Assembly: GCA_963693365.1 (NCBI GenBank)
Contig: CAVNZM010000007.1
Span: 7,127,962 to 7,191,961, forward strand
Source of the DNA: Amoebidium appalachense
Taxonomy: Eukaryota; Protista; Ichthyosporea
Direction of reading: 5' to 3'
DNA: 64,000 nucleotides
In this document: one piece after another, positions 1 through 19,878 of the stretch
Numbering within the stretch: position 1 is the first letter of the stretch
Layout: each line of letters begins with the position of its first letter
Program-made: the position numbers and the translations under genes
The notes under the pieces: generated by a model
Database searches by the model: none
What the model was told of the DNA's origin: nothing
The model's input: only the letters and a program-made list of their open reading frames with translations

Positions 1-15
1 AATATATATTAACAG

Positions 16-532
16 GGGTTTTTTGCAGAAGTTGTCCAACACACGGTTGGATGCGATGCACCCCCACTGGGCAAATATCCTTGAGAAAAGACACCAAGAA
101 TCCCAGCAGAAAATACAGCAACAGAATGTTGAAAATTCGGTAAAACTCAGCTCAGGTTTAAGGGTGGAGGAGTCAACATTCTACCCCTGAAAACGGGGAA
201 AATGAAACTAATTTTTGGAGTAAGGAGTTTCTGGATCGGCAGAAAATTGTGGAGCAGTCTGCGGAACGACATGGGTTCAGCCAGGGGAAGAAAGTGATTG
301 ATGGCAGAGGAACCGCGACCGGGTGCTATGTAGGTGTGTGTGCGTGTGGAGGGGGGGGGGGGGGAGGGGGGGGGGAGAGGAGGAGGGGGAGGGGGAGTGG
401 GTTTGCATGAGTGGGTGAATGTTAGGTGGGCGGGCGGGTGGGTGGGTGGGTGGGTGGGTTGGTGGATGGGTGTCGGTGTATTGTGTGTGTGTGTTGTGTG
501 TGTGTGTGTGTGTGCGTGTTTGTGCGTGTGTG

Positions 533-612
<80 letters not shown>

Positions 613-769
613 TTGTGTATGTGTTGGGTCGATGTGTGTGAGATGTCGTGAAAATGGGCAATATAGTGTGAATATTTTATGGGTACCATTACTTAGAAGG
701 GCCAAGAATGCCTCATGTCTTTGTGAGTGTGGTTGGGCACGGGACAGGGGGGCAAGAAGAGGGGGAGGG

Positions 770-807
<38 letters not shown>

Positions 808-861
808 GATAAATGGGGGGGGGGGGGGGGGGGGCAGGGGGAGGGATGGAAAGCAAATCAG

Positions 862-920
<59 letters not shown>

Positions 921-1761
921 GTATGTGGTACCTAATTATTGCCAGCAAACGATTGATACTGGTAGCCCGGTCTTAGTGGGGGAGAGGGGGGGGGGGGGGG
1001 GGGGGGGGGGGGGTTGAACTTTTGTTTGGTGCCCTTTTTGAGTATGGGCATGGAGGATGGGTGGGTTGGTGTTTTTTTTTTTTTTTATCTTTTTTTTTTT
1101 TTTTTGCGCAGGGGGGGGGGGGGGGGGGGGGGGGGGGGCTCTGAAGTGGGTGGTTCAGAAAACAACTGTCTGAGTGGAGCATGTTTGACTGTTGGGGTGG
1201 TGTCTTTGTGTGTGGTTCTGTGTGCTCTGTGTGTCTGGCTGTCTGTGTGTTTATCTGTGTGTGAATGAGTAAATAGATGGGTGGGTGGGTGTAAGTGTGT
1301 ACATGTGTGCCGAGGAGTGCATAGGCAAGCGTTTTGGGAAGGACCACACCTGCTCACATTCTCCCCCCCCCCCCCCCTCAATTTTTTCGCAGTGTACGGT
1401 GGTGTTGAAACAAGCACAGAAGATGGGGACAAGCATGATTCCTCCACAGGGTTTTGTTGTGTCTTTGCACGTTGCAACGAAAACGGTCTTATCACCTCGT
1501 TTATCTGCGGGTGTCAAGAAAATCGCTTGCTGAAACGCAACGCTAAACCCAAATCCGATGGGGGTTTCGTGAAATGTTTCCACTTTTGGCCCCTTCAGAT
1601 GTGTTGCTTGACTGAGTGGAAGTTCTTCCAAAGTGGCGGGTTTTTGCAAGGTGGGTGGGTGGGTGGGGGGGGGGGGGGGGGGGGTGAGTGGATGGGTGTT
1701 TTTTTTTGTTTTTTGTTTTTTTTTTGGGGGGGGGGGGGTATGTGGGGGTGTGTGTGGGGAG

Positions 1762-1797
<36 letters not shown>

Positions 1798-1991
1798 GGC
1801 GCTCTTGTGTGTGTGGGGGGGGTGGGGAGGGGTGGGGGGAGGCTCGTTTGTGTGTGATGTGTGTGTGTTTATATACTTGTGAGTGGTTTTATTGGCATGT
1901 CTAAAGCCAAGGAGTTACTCGACATCCCCCCTTTCAGTCAACACAGTCAACACCCCCTCCCCGCTACACATACCACAGCCTTTCTGCCCCT

Positions 1992-2022
<31 letters not shown>

Positions 2023-2342
2023 TGCGACAGCTCTCGGCATTTGCCAACTATACCATCATCCCCAGCTGATGTTTGACACCTTCAGATTGCGCCTCCCTCA
2101 CTTGCTTTATCTTATCTCTTTCGTATCATATCAATGATTCTGCTTCTTATTATTCACTTTTTTCTTTACATTTATTTGTGTTTATTTGCAGGTGCACAGG
2201 GATCAGCACCTCCAACCACCGGGGATGCACCAAGTGAACACAGTGTGGGTGACGTGCTAATGGATACAACAGAGGGTGTGTGTTCCCCATATATCCACGA
2301 TCCTTCCCCTTGATATCCTTTCCCCCCTCCCTCCTCTCTCTT

Positions 2343-2408
<66 letters not shown>

Positions 2409-2924
2409 CCCTCCCCCCCCCCCCCCCCCCCCCCCCCCCCCATCTTTCCCCCTTTCGGAACGGGACGCAGCTCAAACTACCCCAGTCAAATGTATAAAAA
2501 CTGAATGATAATACGTAATACGCCAGCCTAAATTCAGGCATTGGCACTTGCACAATGTACAAGATTTCGTGGATGAGCATGTAGTTTTTGTGCACATAAA
2601 TACGATTGCACTCAAGTATACATCCACAGACAAACATACTTGAGAGCACAAGTTAGGCCTCTTCACTGATCCCCCGCCCTCCCCCCACCCCACCTCCCCC
2701 CTCCCCCCCTTCCCCCCCTTCTCCACCCCCCCCCCCCCCCCCCCCCCCCTCCCCTCCTTGCCCTCTCCCCCTCTCCCCACTCCCGACCCCAACCTGCCCC
2801 TCTTTCCCCCCGCATCCTTCCCCGATCACCATATGCTATATGTTAGATGAGAAGCTGCAAAGAAAGTAGCCCCAATCCATCAACACTTGGAAGGGCACAT
2901 GGACATAAAAAACACGAAACACAC

Positions 2925-2972
<48 letters not shown>

Positions 2973-3367
2973 ACACACACACACATGCGTACGTCATGAA
3001 CATACACACGTGTACACATGAAAACACAGATTCACAACAACTGCACACATAGACGTGTATGCACACACATGCCTACACGAGCACACGTATGCTTGCTTGC
3101 ACGTCACCATGGACACAAGTGCATGCTTGTGACGGTACAATCTGATCCCCCCACCACCACCACCCACCCCAACCTCGAAACACTCACACAAACGCACACA
3201 CGTACACACACTCACTCTCTCTTTCTCTCCCATCTCTCACACTCACACACACACTCATACGCAGTGAATACAAACACACACACACACACACACACGCAAC
3301 ATCCCTTCGCTACTGACACGCGCAAACTACAGGTAGTGGGTGCGCCCTGCCTGCCCATGTTCTATGA
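16..3367 (+). CDS. Partial (5'-truncated) spliced gene with a SWIM-type zinc finger
   Basis: Candidate exons 16-333, 1393-1650, 2192-2275, 3333-3367, joined by GT-AG introns all in phase 1; TACTGAC branch site at 3311. Exon 2 encodes FICGC-x20-CFH (CxC...CxH SWIM pattern). Exon 1 needs a +1 shift at CCCC-TGA (184-190). Confidence 0.5.
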
Positions 3368-4218
3368 AACGGTGCCTACTCATGACGCCTGAGGCTCAAA
3401 CGGTTGGCTATCGTGCTGTGCTATGCACGGTTTGAACCCAGGGGAAAGTGGAGGCTAACATATGTCTTCCAAGAGAAGGCTAATGAAGTTGAGGCTGGAT
3501 TAGTTAAGGTTGATTGTCGAAGTTCTATAATTTTTGTATGACTAGCATGATTGAGATTATATTAGTATAGCTCATTATTAGACCAGATTGATTTTTGATG
3601 ATTGACCGCTTTTTAAGGTTTTGCTATCTGGTTGAAAAAGTTCTTGAATGATTCGTTTCCGAAAAAACGCATTTATCCACAAAATATCCTTCCTGCTCGT
3701 GCGTCACAACTAGCGAATTGTGCCGCTGCTTTTCACCTGAATATAGGGGGGGGGGGGGGGGGGGGGGGGGGGGAGGGATTTGGTGTGAGGGATTGGAAAT
3801 AACGACAACAAGGTTTCTTTTTCTTTCAATGGAAAATACGTAATAGTGGATCCCTCCGTGTGGTTTTGACTTTTTTCCTTGTCCCCCCCTCCCCCCCCCC
3901 CCCCCCTCCCCCCCGCTTTTCTCTCTTTTTGGTGGTGGTGGTGGTGGGGGGGGGGGGGGGGGGGGGTTGATTACGTCTGGTAGGGCATAGGTTCACACAT
4001 GCGGTGGCATAGATATGAACACGATCAAAACCATGTGTTTTGTCGAAGGGAGGCGGGGGTGGGGGGGTAGGGTAGTACTTTGTTCCGAGATCGCTGGGGG
4101 AAACAAGGAGAATTTGAAGCGGCATCCTTTTTGCAGGCACGAAGGATGGTGGAATGTAGTGAAATAAGACATGTTAGCATGTATTTCGCGCCTGGTGTGT
4201 TACGTCTATTGCCCCTTC

Positions 4219-4261
<43 letters not shown>

Positions 4262-4904
4262 ATCCCCCCCACCTCCCCACACCACACCACCACTACCATT
4301 ACCAACACCACCCCGGCCACTCCATCCCCATTGCCCGTGGACATTCGCACTCTCACCCCCCTCCCAGATCTCCCGTTCCCTCCACCCTCTCTGTAAGTCC
4401 TTTTTCTTACACTTTCCCTGCATATGCCTGGGGGCTTGGCCTATAGCCAAGTGGAAGACGTTAGCCTCTGTATAGGTGGTGCATTGGGAAGTTGGATAAA
4501 ATGATGAACTGGTGATTTATAAAAAAAGTCTTTATTAAACAAACAAAGAAATAGAATACTGTGTGGTGAAACGTGATAAAGAAAGTGGGTCAGAGCGCTG
4601 TCAGCCATAAGCATGGTCCGTTCCCCTCTCCCCGTGTGTGACTGCTAGTAGTGCCATCCGGAGCAGAGGTAAAGGTGTGTGTGTGTGTACATGTGCATGT
4701 GTGGTGGTGGTGGGTGGGTGGGTGGTTGGCCATGGGTGTGTGGGTGGTTGGGGAGGGGGGTGGGTGGGGGGGGGGGGGGGGGGGGGGGGGGGGATCTAGC
4801 TAGTTGGGATATCAGCTAGCCTCAACGGATGACCAGGCTAGGCCTAGGGTCTACTGATTATTAGTACTAACGCTAGGGCAGCTCATGCGAGCCTAGGGGC
4901 TGCA

Positions 4905-4942
<38 letters not shown>

Positions 4943-5246
4943 TTGTGACTCAGGCAGAAAGCCCGATCACAATCGATATCAAGAAGTAGAGTCTTTGCTG
5001 TATTGTCGCCTGCAATCTTATGTTCTAAGGCTAAGTATATGTGGTATGAACCAATATGTGGGAAGAAAAACCTAATATTACGATTTTGGATGGTATTACG
5101 TACGCGTACGAGTGTTACAATAGTCGAATAAGGGCACATCAAAGCATTACGGCTAGTAGATAATCCGTAACATCTACATAAAAACCATCATGCCGAATAT
5201 TCATGTACACGCCTGCAATCTAACAGTCTAGATCTACAGCTAAGAG

Positions 5247-5282
<36 letters not shown>

Positions 5283-5543
5283 ACCCACCCACCCACCCAC
5301 CCACCCACCCACCCCCCCCCACCCTCTCCCTCCCTTAAAACCACCACCACCACCCCACAAATCCATCACCAGCGACCCTCAATAGTTACTGTAACATCCG
5401 TGAACCGTAAGTGGGAACCAACAGACAAATAGAACAATTTTAATCGGTGGGGTCAGAACATATCAACAGGTAACCTAAATACAACATGTACATGGTTGCA
5501 GCATACACATCACGCCAAATATCACCGTTAAACTTAGCATATT

Positions 5544-11472
<5,929 letters not shown>

Positions 11473-11920
11473 GGTACAAAGGGGAAAAGAAAAAAGAACG
11501 TATCGATTTATAAAAGGGAGATGGGGAGAGAAAAATACAAGGTAAAAAAATGGGTGACAAGGGGGGGAAAAAAAAAAGAAGAAAAAAAAAGCGAAACGAA
11601 AATTTGAGCTTCTCGGCGTGCAAGGAAGCACCGTATAGGACAACCGTCGTGTGTATTCGGAAGAGTGGAAGTCTGCCTTAAAACAAGTTTTGTATTTGGG
11701 TGAGGCAACGCGCGGAAATTCGAAGAAACATGTCTTGCACAAACCAGTATTGCTAGAAGAGGAAAATGCCACTCTGCATATTAAAACGTAAATAACATAA
11801 AAATCCAGAAAGCTGTTTACTGCAGGTACTACTACTATACCTAAAACCTCCGTACGGATAGTATGTTGACGTCATTAATTACCCTGGCTAGTTTTGAAAA
11901 CTGGCATTCGAGGAGGAGGG

Positions 11921-11978
<58 letters not shown>

Positions 11979-12590
11979 TGGCCAAAGCTTTACTGCCTTA
12001 CGGAAAAAGAAACCTTGTTCACTTGAACGCACTGAATTTTCTTTCCTTCACCAATATCATGGTCCATCCTATTAGACTGAAATTGCAGAAAAAACAGTCG
12101 GTTCTTTTTATACCACACACACACACACACTAGCCCAACATTTATCGCAATTTAAAACCACACTTCTATATATTGCTGAGTGCTGACGGTGTGTACGTGG
12201 GTTTGGGGTTATGCATGCACTTGTGGAAATGAAAAAGGCTGAAAGGCGAATACAGCATTTATACTTGTCCAAGGCATGCCTATCATTGGTCGAGGCGGGC
12301 AAATTATTAATGAAACCACTTACATAACACTCCTAAAGGGATCAATATAAAATAAAAATAAAATATTAAGAAAAATTCAATATAACCTCAATCATTTTTT
12401 GATATTACGGCTCTGGTGTATTTCTGTATTTAAATTTTATTGAAGCTGGCTTGAAACGGTGGCTCAGCTGGAGACGGAGGCAAAAAAACTGTCATGAATC
12501 AAACCAATCAGAGCGCAGACTGGGAAAACGTTTAGTGATGACGTAGCCAAAAAAGCTTGGCAGGAATTCGTGAGCCGGGCCGAAAATTAT

Positions 12591-12809
12591 AGTGTTCCGG
12601 TATCTCAGTATGCACTTGTTACTGGATAACTCGTAAAGTTTTTATTGTCTTCTCAGTATGCCGTGAATGTTTGCATATCTTTCCGTCGAGTGTTCAGGTA
12701 TCTCAGTATGCACTTGTTACTGGATAACTCGTGAAGTTACCCGAGTCAAAAGAAAAAGTTTTTATTGTCTTCTCAGTATGCCGTGCATACTTGCATATCT
12801 TTCCGTCGA
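12591..12809. repeat. Tandem duplication of a ~98-bp unit
   Basis: AGTGTTCMGGTATCTCAGTATGCACTTGTTACTGGATAACTCGT... starts at 12591 and at 12689; the second copy carries a 22-nt insertion. Confidence 0.9.
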
Positions 12810-13960
12810 ATAAATCCAGTCAAAAGAAGAAAAAAAATTTTCACGAGATTTGGATGGTATTTTTTCTATAGATCTTGTATTTTCCTACAGGCTGGATGGT
12901 ATTTCTTTTTTTCTTTTGACTGGTATTTCCGGACGTTTTCCTATACAGCATGGCCTAGTAGCTTTATATAGATTCTGAGGAATCTAATGGCGGCAGGTCC
13001 GCCAATCGGTGTCTGGCGGTACGGCTGCTGTTAGAAGGCGATCTGATTCGAATAACGACCGTGGGAACAATGTACAGTAATGAGTGTATTCTTAGAGAAC
13101 AAAATATCTAGGTTCTCAATTAGAAAAGACAATCAATCATAGCCAACTTAACCGCTGTGCATTCCAAACAAGATCCAGAACCCACTGAGCCTGAGCTGGC
13201 CCCGGGCTGCAGCTGACACGTGGAACCACTCTCCTTGGTCATTGCGGACACAATAATCGGTGTCTCAAAACCTTTTTTTTTTATAGCTGTATTACGACAG
13301 TGTATTCTGTATGCGTATATTTTGAATCATCTGCCCCTGTAAGAGTTCTAAATCTGATGTTCTTTTGCCGCCACCACGATCTAATTTATTTGGCAAAGTC
13401 TTCGAGCCCGGGTCCAAAGCGCAGATTGACACCAAAATAAATGAATAGTGCAGAACAATGACAGAACTCAAAGTATCCCACACGGCAAAGCCCCGCCCAC
13501 AGTATATTAGTACATAAGACCTCCGACGTTCAGCCAGCCTGCAGTCACAAAACATCTTCGGTACAGTCTTTGGTTTATGCCCGTATAGGCTACCTGCACA
13601 TGCCGCTGCATGTGATGAACTCAATGGAAACATGTGCATAATTCTGACAGACTTGTGGAAATTAATCGAAGAGCATGTCATCCGAGAATGCCTACTATAC
13701 TTCAGCCTACTTCAGCCAGGTTACGTACTCGCACGCACGAGCATTACAGGCATGCACAGGTGGCACGCACGTGACGCTCCGAGTCACGTGCACACGAACC
13801 ACTCGCCCACATCTTTACAGACACCTACACGCATGAACATATATACGCACGAGACAATGCATATGTGATCCCGAATAGGATATATATTGCTTTCATAACA
13901 CACGCTATAAAGCACACACACATACCATGACACACACCACGGACGTACACACGCACAGTG

Positions 13961-14032
<72 letters not shown>

Positions 14033-14081
14033 GCATACACATACACACACACATGCGCGCGCATACACCCACACACACTGA

Positions 14082-14152
<71 letters not shown>

Positions 14153-14173
14153 GGCACACCCACCCACCCCCCC

Positions 14174-14250
<77 letters not shown>

Positions 14251-14396
14251 GGACCGTGACAGGGGCACAGTCCGAACCACTTCCAAGTGACCCCGGTTAC
14301 CGCACCCATGGTACACCAGTTTGCCGTGCTAACATGACCCCGGTGACTGGTCTCCCCCCCCCCCCCCCCCCCCCCCCCCAACCCCCCCCCCCCCAT

Positions 14397-14429
<33 letters not shown>

Positions 14430-14558
14430 ACCCCCCCCCCCCCTCCCCCCGGCCTTTTTTTCCCCCCGCTCAAAAAAATAAAAATAAAAATGAAGAAAAA
14501 AAATAAGGGGAAAAAAATAAATAAAAAAGAAAGAAAGAAAAGAAAACTTTGAAAAACT

Positions 14559-14593
<35 letters not shown>

Positions 14594-14620
14594 TCGAAAA
14601 ACACCCATTCCTCCCTCCCC

Positions 14621-14621
<1 letters not shown>

Positions 14622-14705
<84 letters not shown>
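14622..14705. repeat. Poly-C tract (~84 nt), the longest of dozens of G/C homopolymers
   Basis: Seen directly; the exact length may be affected by sequencing. Confidence 0.85.
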
Positions 14706-14859
14706 ACCACCACCACCACCACCACCATACACCCGCCCACCCACTTACAAAAGGCTGTGGCCCGCACTCGTCGGTGGTACCGAATTTTTTGTTGGGGAGG
14801 ATGGCCAACCAAAAGTAGCCGTGTTGGCCTTTAACTCTATATCAGTTGTGTGCCTTGGC

Positions 14860-14902
<43 letters not shown>

Positions 14903-15354
14903 AGAATGTTCAAAAATCTGCGTGGCTCGGGCACTACATATATGCACGTACTGCGGCACGAGGCAGTGAAGTCAAGTGAAACGACCAAGTCAACGGCTCT
15001 TCATAAACCGTAAGTGGCAAAATGCGCAATCCAAAACTCCCAAATTTGATTGCACTATATTTCGACGGGGCAAATCTGATGTCAATATGGCGCTTAGTTA
15101 AGAGTTATAATATTATGCATCACATGTCACACAGCAACGACGTAATTTTATAAACGGACAGTGCTAATGATATCGGATAATAAAAAGTTTCATTGCTTGC
15201 CGCACATTTACCCCAGCTGTATCTCGCCTGATTGGCTGCGCTGGTCGCAGCAATGGTTTATAAAAACACCATAGAGATTCGAGAGAAAGCAACGAAGAGG
15301 GAAAATTGTAATAGTTTTTGGTGGTGGTGGTGGTTGTGGGGGTGTGTGTGTGTG

Positions 15355-15407
<53 letters not shown>

Positions 15408-15872
15408 GGGCCCGGGCGGAGGGTGGGGATCAGGAATTCGAAATTGCATCCGGATTCCTGATATGTGTTTTAAAGGGGGGTTTCTTTTAAGCCCTGATTA
15501 ATAGTCCCCATTCCAGCACATCCGGGTCAAGCCAATTGCTCAGCATATAAATCAAAATCTGGAGCTGCAATCTTCTTCCTGACGCTTGATTACTATTTTC
15601 CCCTTCTTTCGTTCTTTTTTCTCTCTTTTCTTTTTTCCTTGTATTTTGGCGCATCTGTAACATGCTTTCGGACAAACGGTGGTGCGCAGCTGATGCACAG
15701 CACGCCAATCACATAGCTAGAAATCCATCTGACCCGACCCGACCCGGAAAGCTACAAGAAACCCCCTTTAATGGTGTCTGCATTCACGTTCAACGCATGG
15801 CCCGGGACAAAAGATGGGTGACTTGCATGCATATGTGCATGCAAGCGTGCATTATATCGTATGCATACTGTG

Positions 15873-15938
<66 letters not shown>

Positions 15939-16534
15939 ACTGTGGATTATTATGTATCCGCATGTGTGTATACACTTCACAACCAGCAGTAGAGTGGAAT
16001 TCATTGGTTTCCGGCCCCAAAAAGGCACCCGGTTGAACAAAAAAAGACCCGCACAGTCTTGTGGAAGCACGAGATCTCCGTATCAACTTCTATTTTTTGA
16101 GCACACGATCTTACTATCATACTGTCCTAAAATCCAGTGTCAGTTCTATTTGCCACAAGTACCCTCATCTATCCTACAGAACATAGGTTATACTTCAGCG
16201 TGCTGCAAGCTCATTATATTTGCTAAGAAGAATATCAGTTTGCTACTGCGGCCAACTCTGTTTATACGGCACGATATTTCTCACTCAGATATAAAAAATT
16301 CAACTTGACACAAATGATCATAAGACGGTACGATATCTTGCACCGACCATAAAAATAACAACACACCAACACTGTGGACGCGTCGATATCTTGCACCAAG
16401 TCAATTGAAAAACAAAACAAACAATTAGACAGCTATTAGAAGACTATACGAGTCTATGCCTTTCGGTACTAAGGGCTACTAAAAACGGAATCATCATATT
16501 CATCCCAAAACTCTTTGTCCTCGTGGTCTCTACC

Positions 16535-16590
<56 letters not shown>

Positions 16591-16837
16591 CGCCCGTGTG
16601 TACGATATGGCACATCAGTGTACGTATTGGTCTCTCTCTCCACTCTGCTGCTGCAAGTATACGCCACCACCAGTAGAATGTGTGGTATGTAGCGGTCACC
16701 TAGACTGATTGGGAACTTGAGTGAAACTATACTTCTTAGTGCCATATATAGGAACAAGTTATATCAGTCAAACCCCACCACAATTACGACATTCTAGAGC
16801 AAAACTATCAAATTTTAGTTACCATACTTACAACTAC

Positions 16838-18435
16838 CTATTGCATTCCGCGCCAAATATCCACAGCATCCTTCAATCCATCAATGACCTGTTCCTCGTC
16901 CGCGGGATTTCCAATGTCGATGCTGAAGTACCCATTTCCCATGAACGCCGATATGTCGACATAGTGGAAATTCCCCCTAGACCCCAAGTGCAACTCGTAC
17001 ATTACGGATTTACGCGGTAGATATGCCTCCAGGGCCAACCCCGCCCCGTGCACGCCCATCAATATATCCGCCCTCCCAACCTCGTGTATCTGCTCGCGTA
17101 TGGAAACGGGGTCGGTGGTGTTGTAGAACCGCAGGGCGTGAAATTTCATTCCTTTTTCCTTGCAGTATTTTTCAAGACGAACCAGAAGCGCCTCCTGATT
17201 TTGCAGCAATCGTGCGGCTTGCCAATGGCTGATTCCCGGCTGGTGAACCGGGTCACGTGCTGCATACATCACATAGGGCTGGGCCGGCCGGTCATGTTGA
17301 GGAAGGTGCATGGCCGTTCTAGGGAGAACAAACGGGTGAGCAATAAAGCCGTACAAAAATGAAAAACTCGTACTGGTATAGGATAATGTATGCTGTTTTA
17401 CAGGGTGAACTGGGAAAAGAGAATGTGTCGTTTGACAAGCAGGGGTGTTCTGATTGGCTAGGTTTAGTTCATCTGTAGGGCATACTGCACGGAAGGGGTA
17501 ACCCGCTGAGAAAAATACTGGATTTGTCCCGGAATTATTCTGGAATGATGCATCGTGAAGAGGAAATGCTCGTCTGTCAGCACAAAAAGGAACAGAACAA
17601 CTGTTCATGACCATGATAACACTGCCTTGATTCTCATTAATGTGTTTAGCATGGCTTTGAGGTGCAAGTATCTCTAGGTACGGGCACACAGAGGCCCACA
17701 GAAAACACACCCCCGGCTGCTTTGTGCAACTAAATCGTCAACACAGTGGAATGGTCTGGAAGAACAAATTATAATACGAAAGATGGCATACAGGCAAAAT
17801 ATATGCACGGGTGACAGTTTAGTATGGGTTCTCACGGCCTGCTGGCTTGGTGTGTGCGTGCGTACGTGCGTGTACATGCATGTGCACGTGTGCGCGCGTG
17901 TGTGTGTGTGTATCATGTGCATGTGCATGTGTGCGTGTGTGTGTGTGTATCATGTGCATGTGCATGTGTGCGTGTGTGTGTGTGTGTATCATGTGCATGT
18001 GCATGTGTGTGTGTGTGTGTGTGTGTGTATCATGTGCATGTGTGTATGTGTGTGTGTGTGTGTGTGTGCGTGTGTGTGTATCATGTGCTTGTGCATGTGT
18101 GCGTGTGTGTGTGTGTGTGTGTATCATGTGGATATGCATGTGTGTGTGTGTGTGTGTGTGTATCATGTGCATGTGCATGTGTGCGTGGTTGTGTGTGTTT
18201 GTGTGTGTGTGTGTGTGTATCATGTGCATGTGCATGTGTGTGTGTGTGTGTGTGTATCATGTGCATGTGCATGTGTGTGTGTGTGTGTGTGTATCATGTG
18301 CATGTGCGTGTGCATGTGTGCGTGTATGTGTGTATGCGTGTGTGTATCATGTGCATGTGCATGTGTGTGTGTGTGTGTGTGTGAATCATGTGCATGTGCA
18401 TGTGTGTGTGTGTGTGTGTGTATCATGTGTATGTG

Positions 18436-18475
<40 letters not shown>

Positions 18476-18523
18476 ATGTGCATGTGCGTGTGTGTGTGTG
18501 TGTGTGTGTATCATGTGCATGTG

Positions 18524-18558
<35 letters not shown>

Positions 18559-18619
18559 CATGTGCATGTGCATGTGTGTGTGTACGTGTGTGTGTGTGTG
18601 TGTGTATCATGTGCATGTG

Positions 18620-18660
<41 letters not shown>

Positions 18661-18672
18661 CATGTGCATGTG

Positions 18673-18708
<36 letters not shown>

Positions 18709-18743
18709 TGGGTGTGTGTGTGTATCACGTGCATGTGCATGTG

Positions 18744-18792
<49 letters not shown>

Positions 18793-18810
18793 CATGTGCA
18801 TGTGCATGTG

Positions 18811-18861
<51 letters not shown>

Positions 18862-19687
18862 CATGTGCATGTGCATGTGCATGTGTGTGTGTGTGTGTGT
18901 GTGTGTGTATCATGTGCATGTGCATGTGTGTATGTGTGTGTGTGTGTGTGTGTATCATGTGCATGTGCATGTGTGCGTGTGTGTGTGTGTGTTTTTTGTG
19001 TATGTGTGTGTGTATGTGTGTGCGTGTGTGTGCGTGTGTGTGTGCATGTGGGTGGGCGGCGTGTGCATGTATGTGTGTGTGTGCTCGGCTGTGTATATGT
19101 GTTTGTCTGTTTTGGGAAACAAGACCCAGAGGGAGGGGGGAGGGGGAGAGAGGGGGGGAGGGGGAGGTATGTACCTAATATAGTCAGTCATAGCGCGCCA
19201 GAGAGGAGACGAGCATTCCTGGGGCGTGCCTATGCCCCCGTGCATGTTGATGCTGTAGAGTTCCGGAGCGAGGGTGATCCACCCAACCTTGCGGAAACAC
19301 GTCCCGGGTGGAATCCCTTTGCGCCATGTTTCAATCAGCGGGTATTTGTTTTTCACAATTGCCGCCAAAATGATGTCAACCAATGGGAATGGAGGACCCT
19401 TTAGCTCCCGCTCGTCGGGTCTGGGTAGTATTACCTGTGAGGGTTGGTTGGGTTAGGTGTTATGTGCCGCTTATCATAATTAGATTTCAAGATGTGTGTG
19501 TGTGGTGTGCACGCTGGTGTAGAGGTGTGGGAAGGAGAGAGGGGTTGTTTTGTACGACTGTGCAGATAAGTGAGCGGGTGGTTTCGTGGGTTGGGGTGGC
19601 GGGCGGCATGGGCGGGAGCTGGGGTTGGGGGGGGGGGGGGGGGGGGGAGGGGTTGTGGAGAGAGCGTGGTGGTTGTGATGATAATGG

Positions 19688-19764
<77 letters not shown>

Positions 19765-19834
19765 TGTGCGTGCGTACGTGCATGCCTGTGTGCGTGTGCG
19801 CGTGCGTACGTGCGTGGGCGTGTGTGTTTTTTTT

Positions 19835-19878
<44 letters not shown>

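Noticed and set aside
17905-18975. CRISPR-like repeat/spacer look
   Set aside because: The spacers are only (GT)n, the array lies in a eukaryotic intron, and there are no cas genes.
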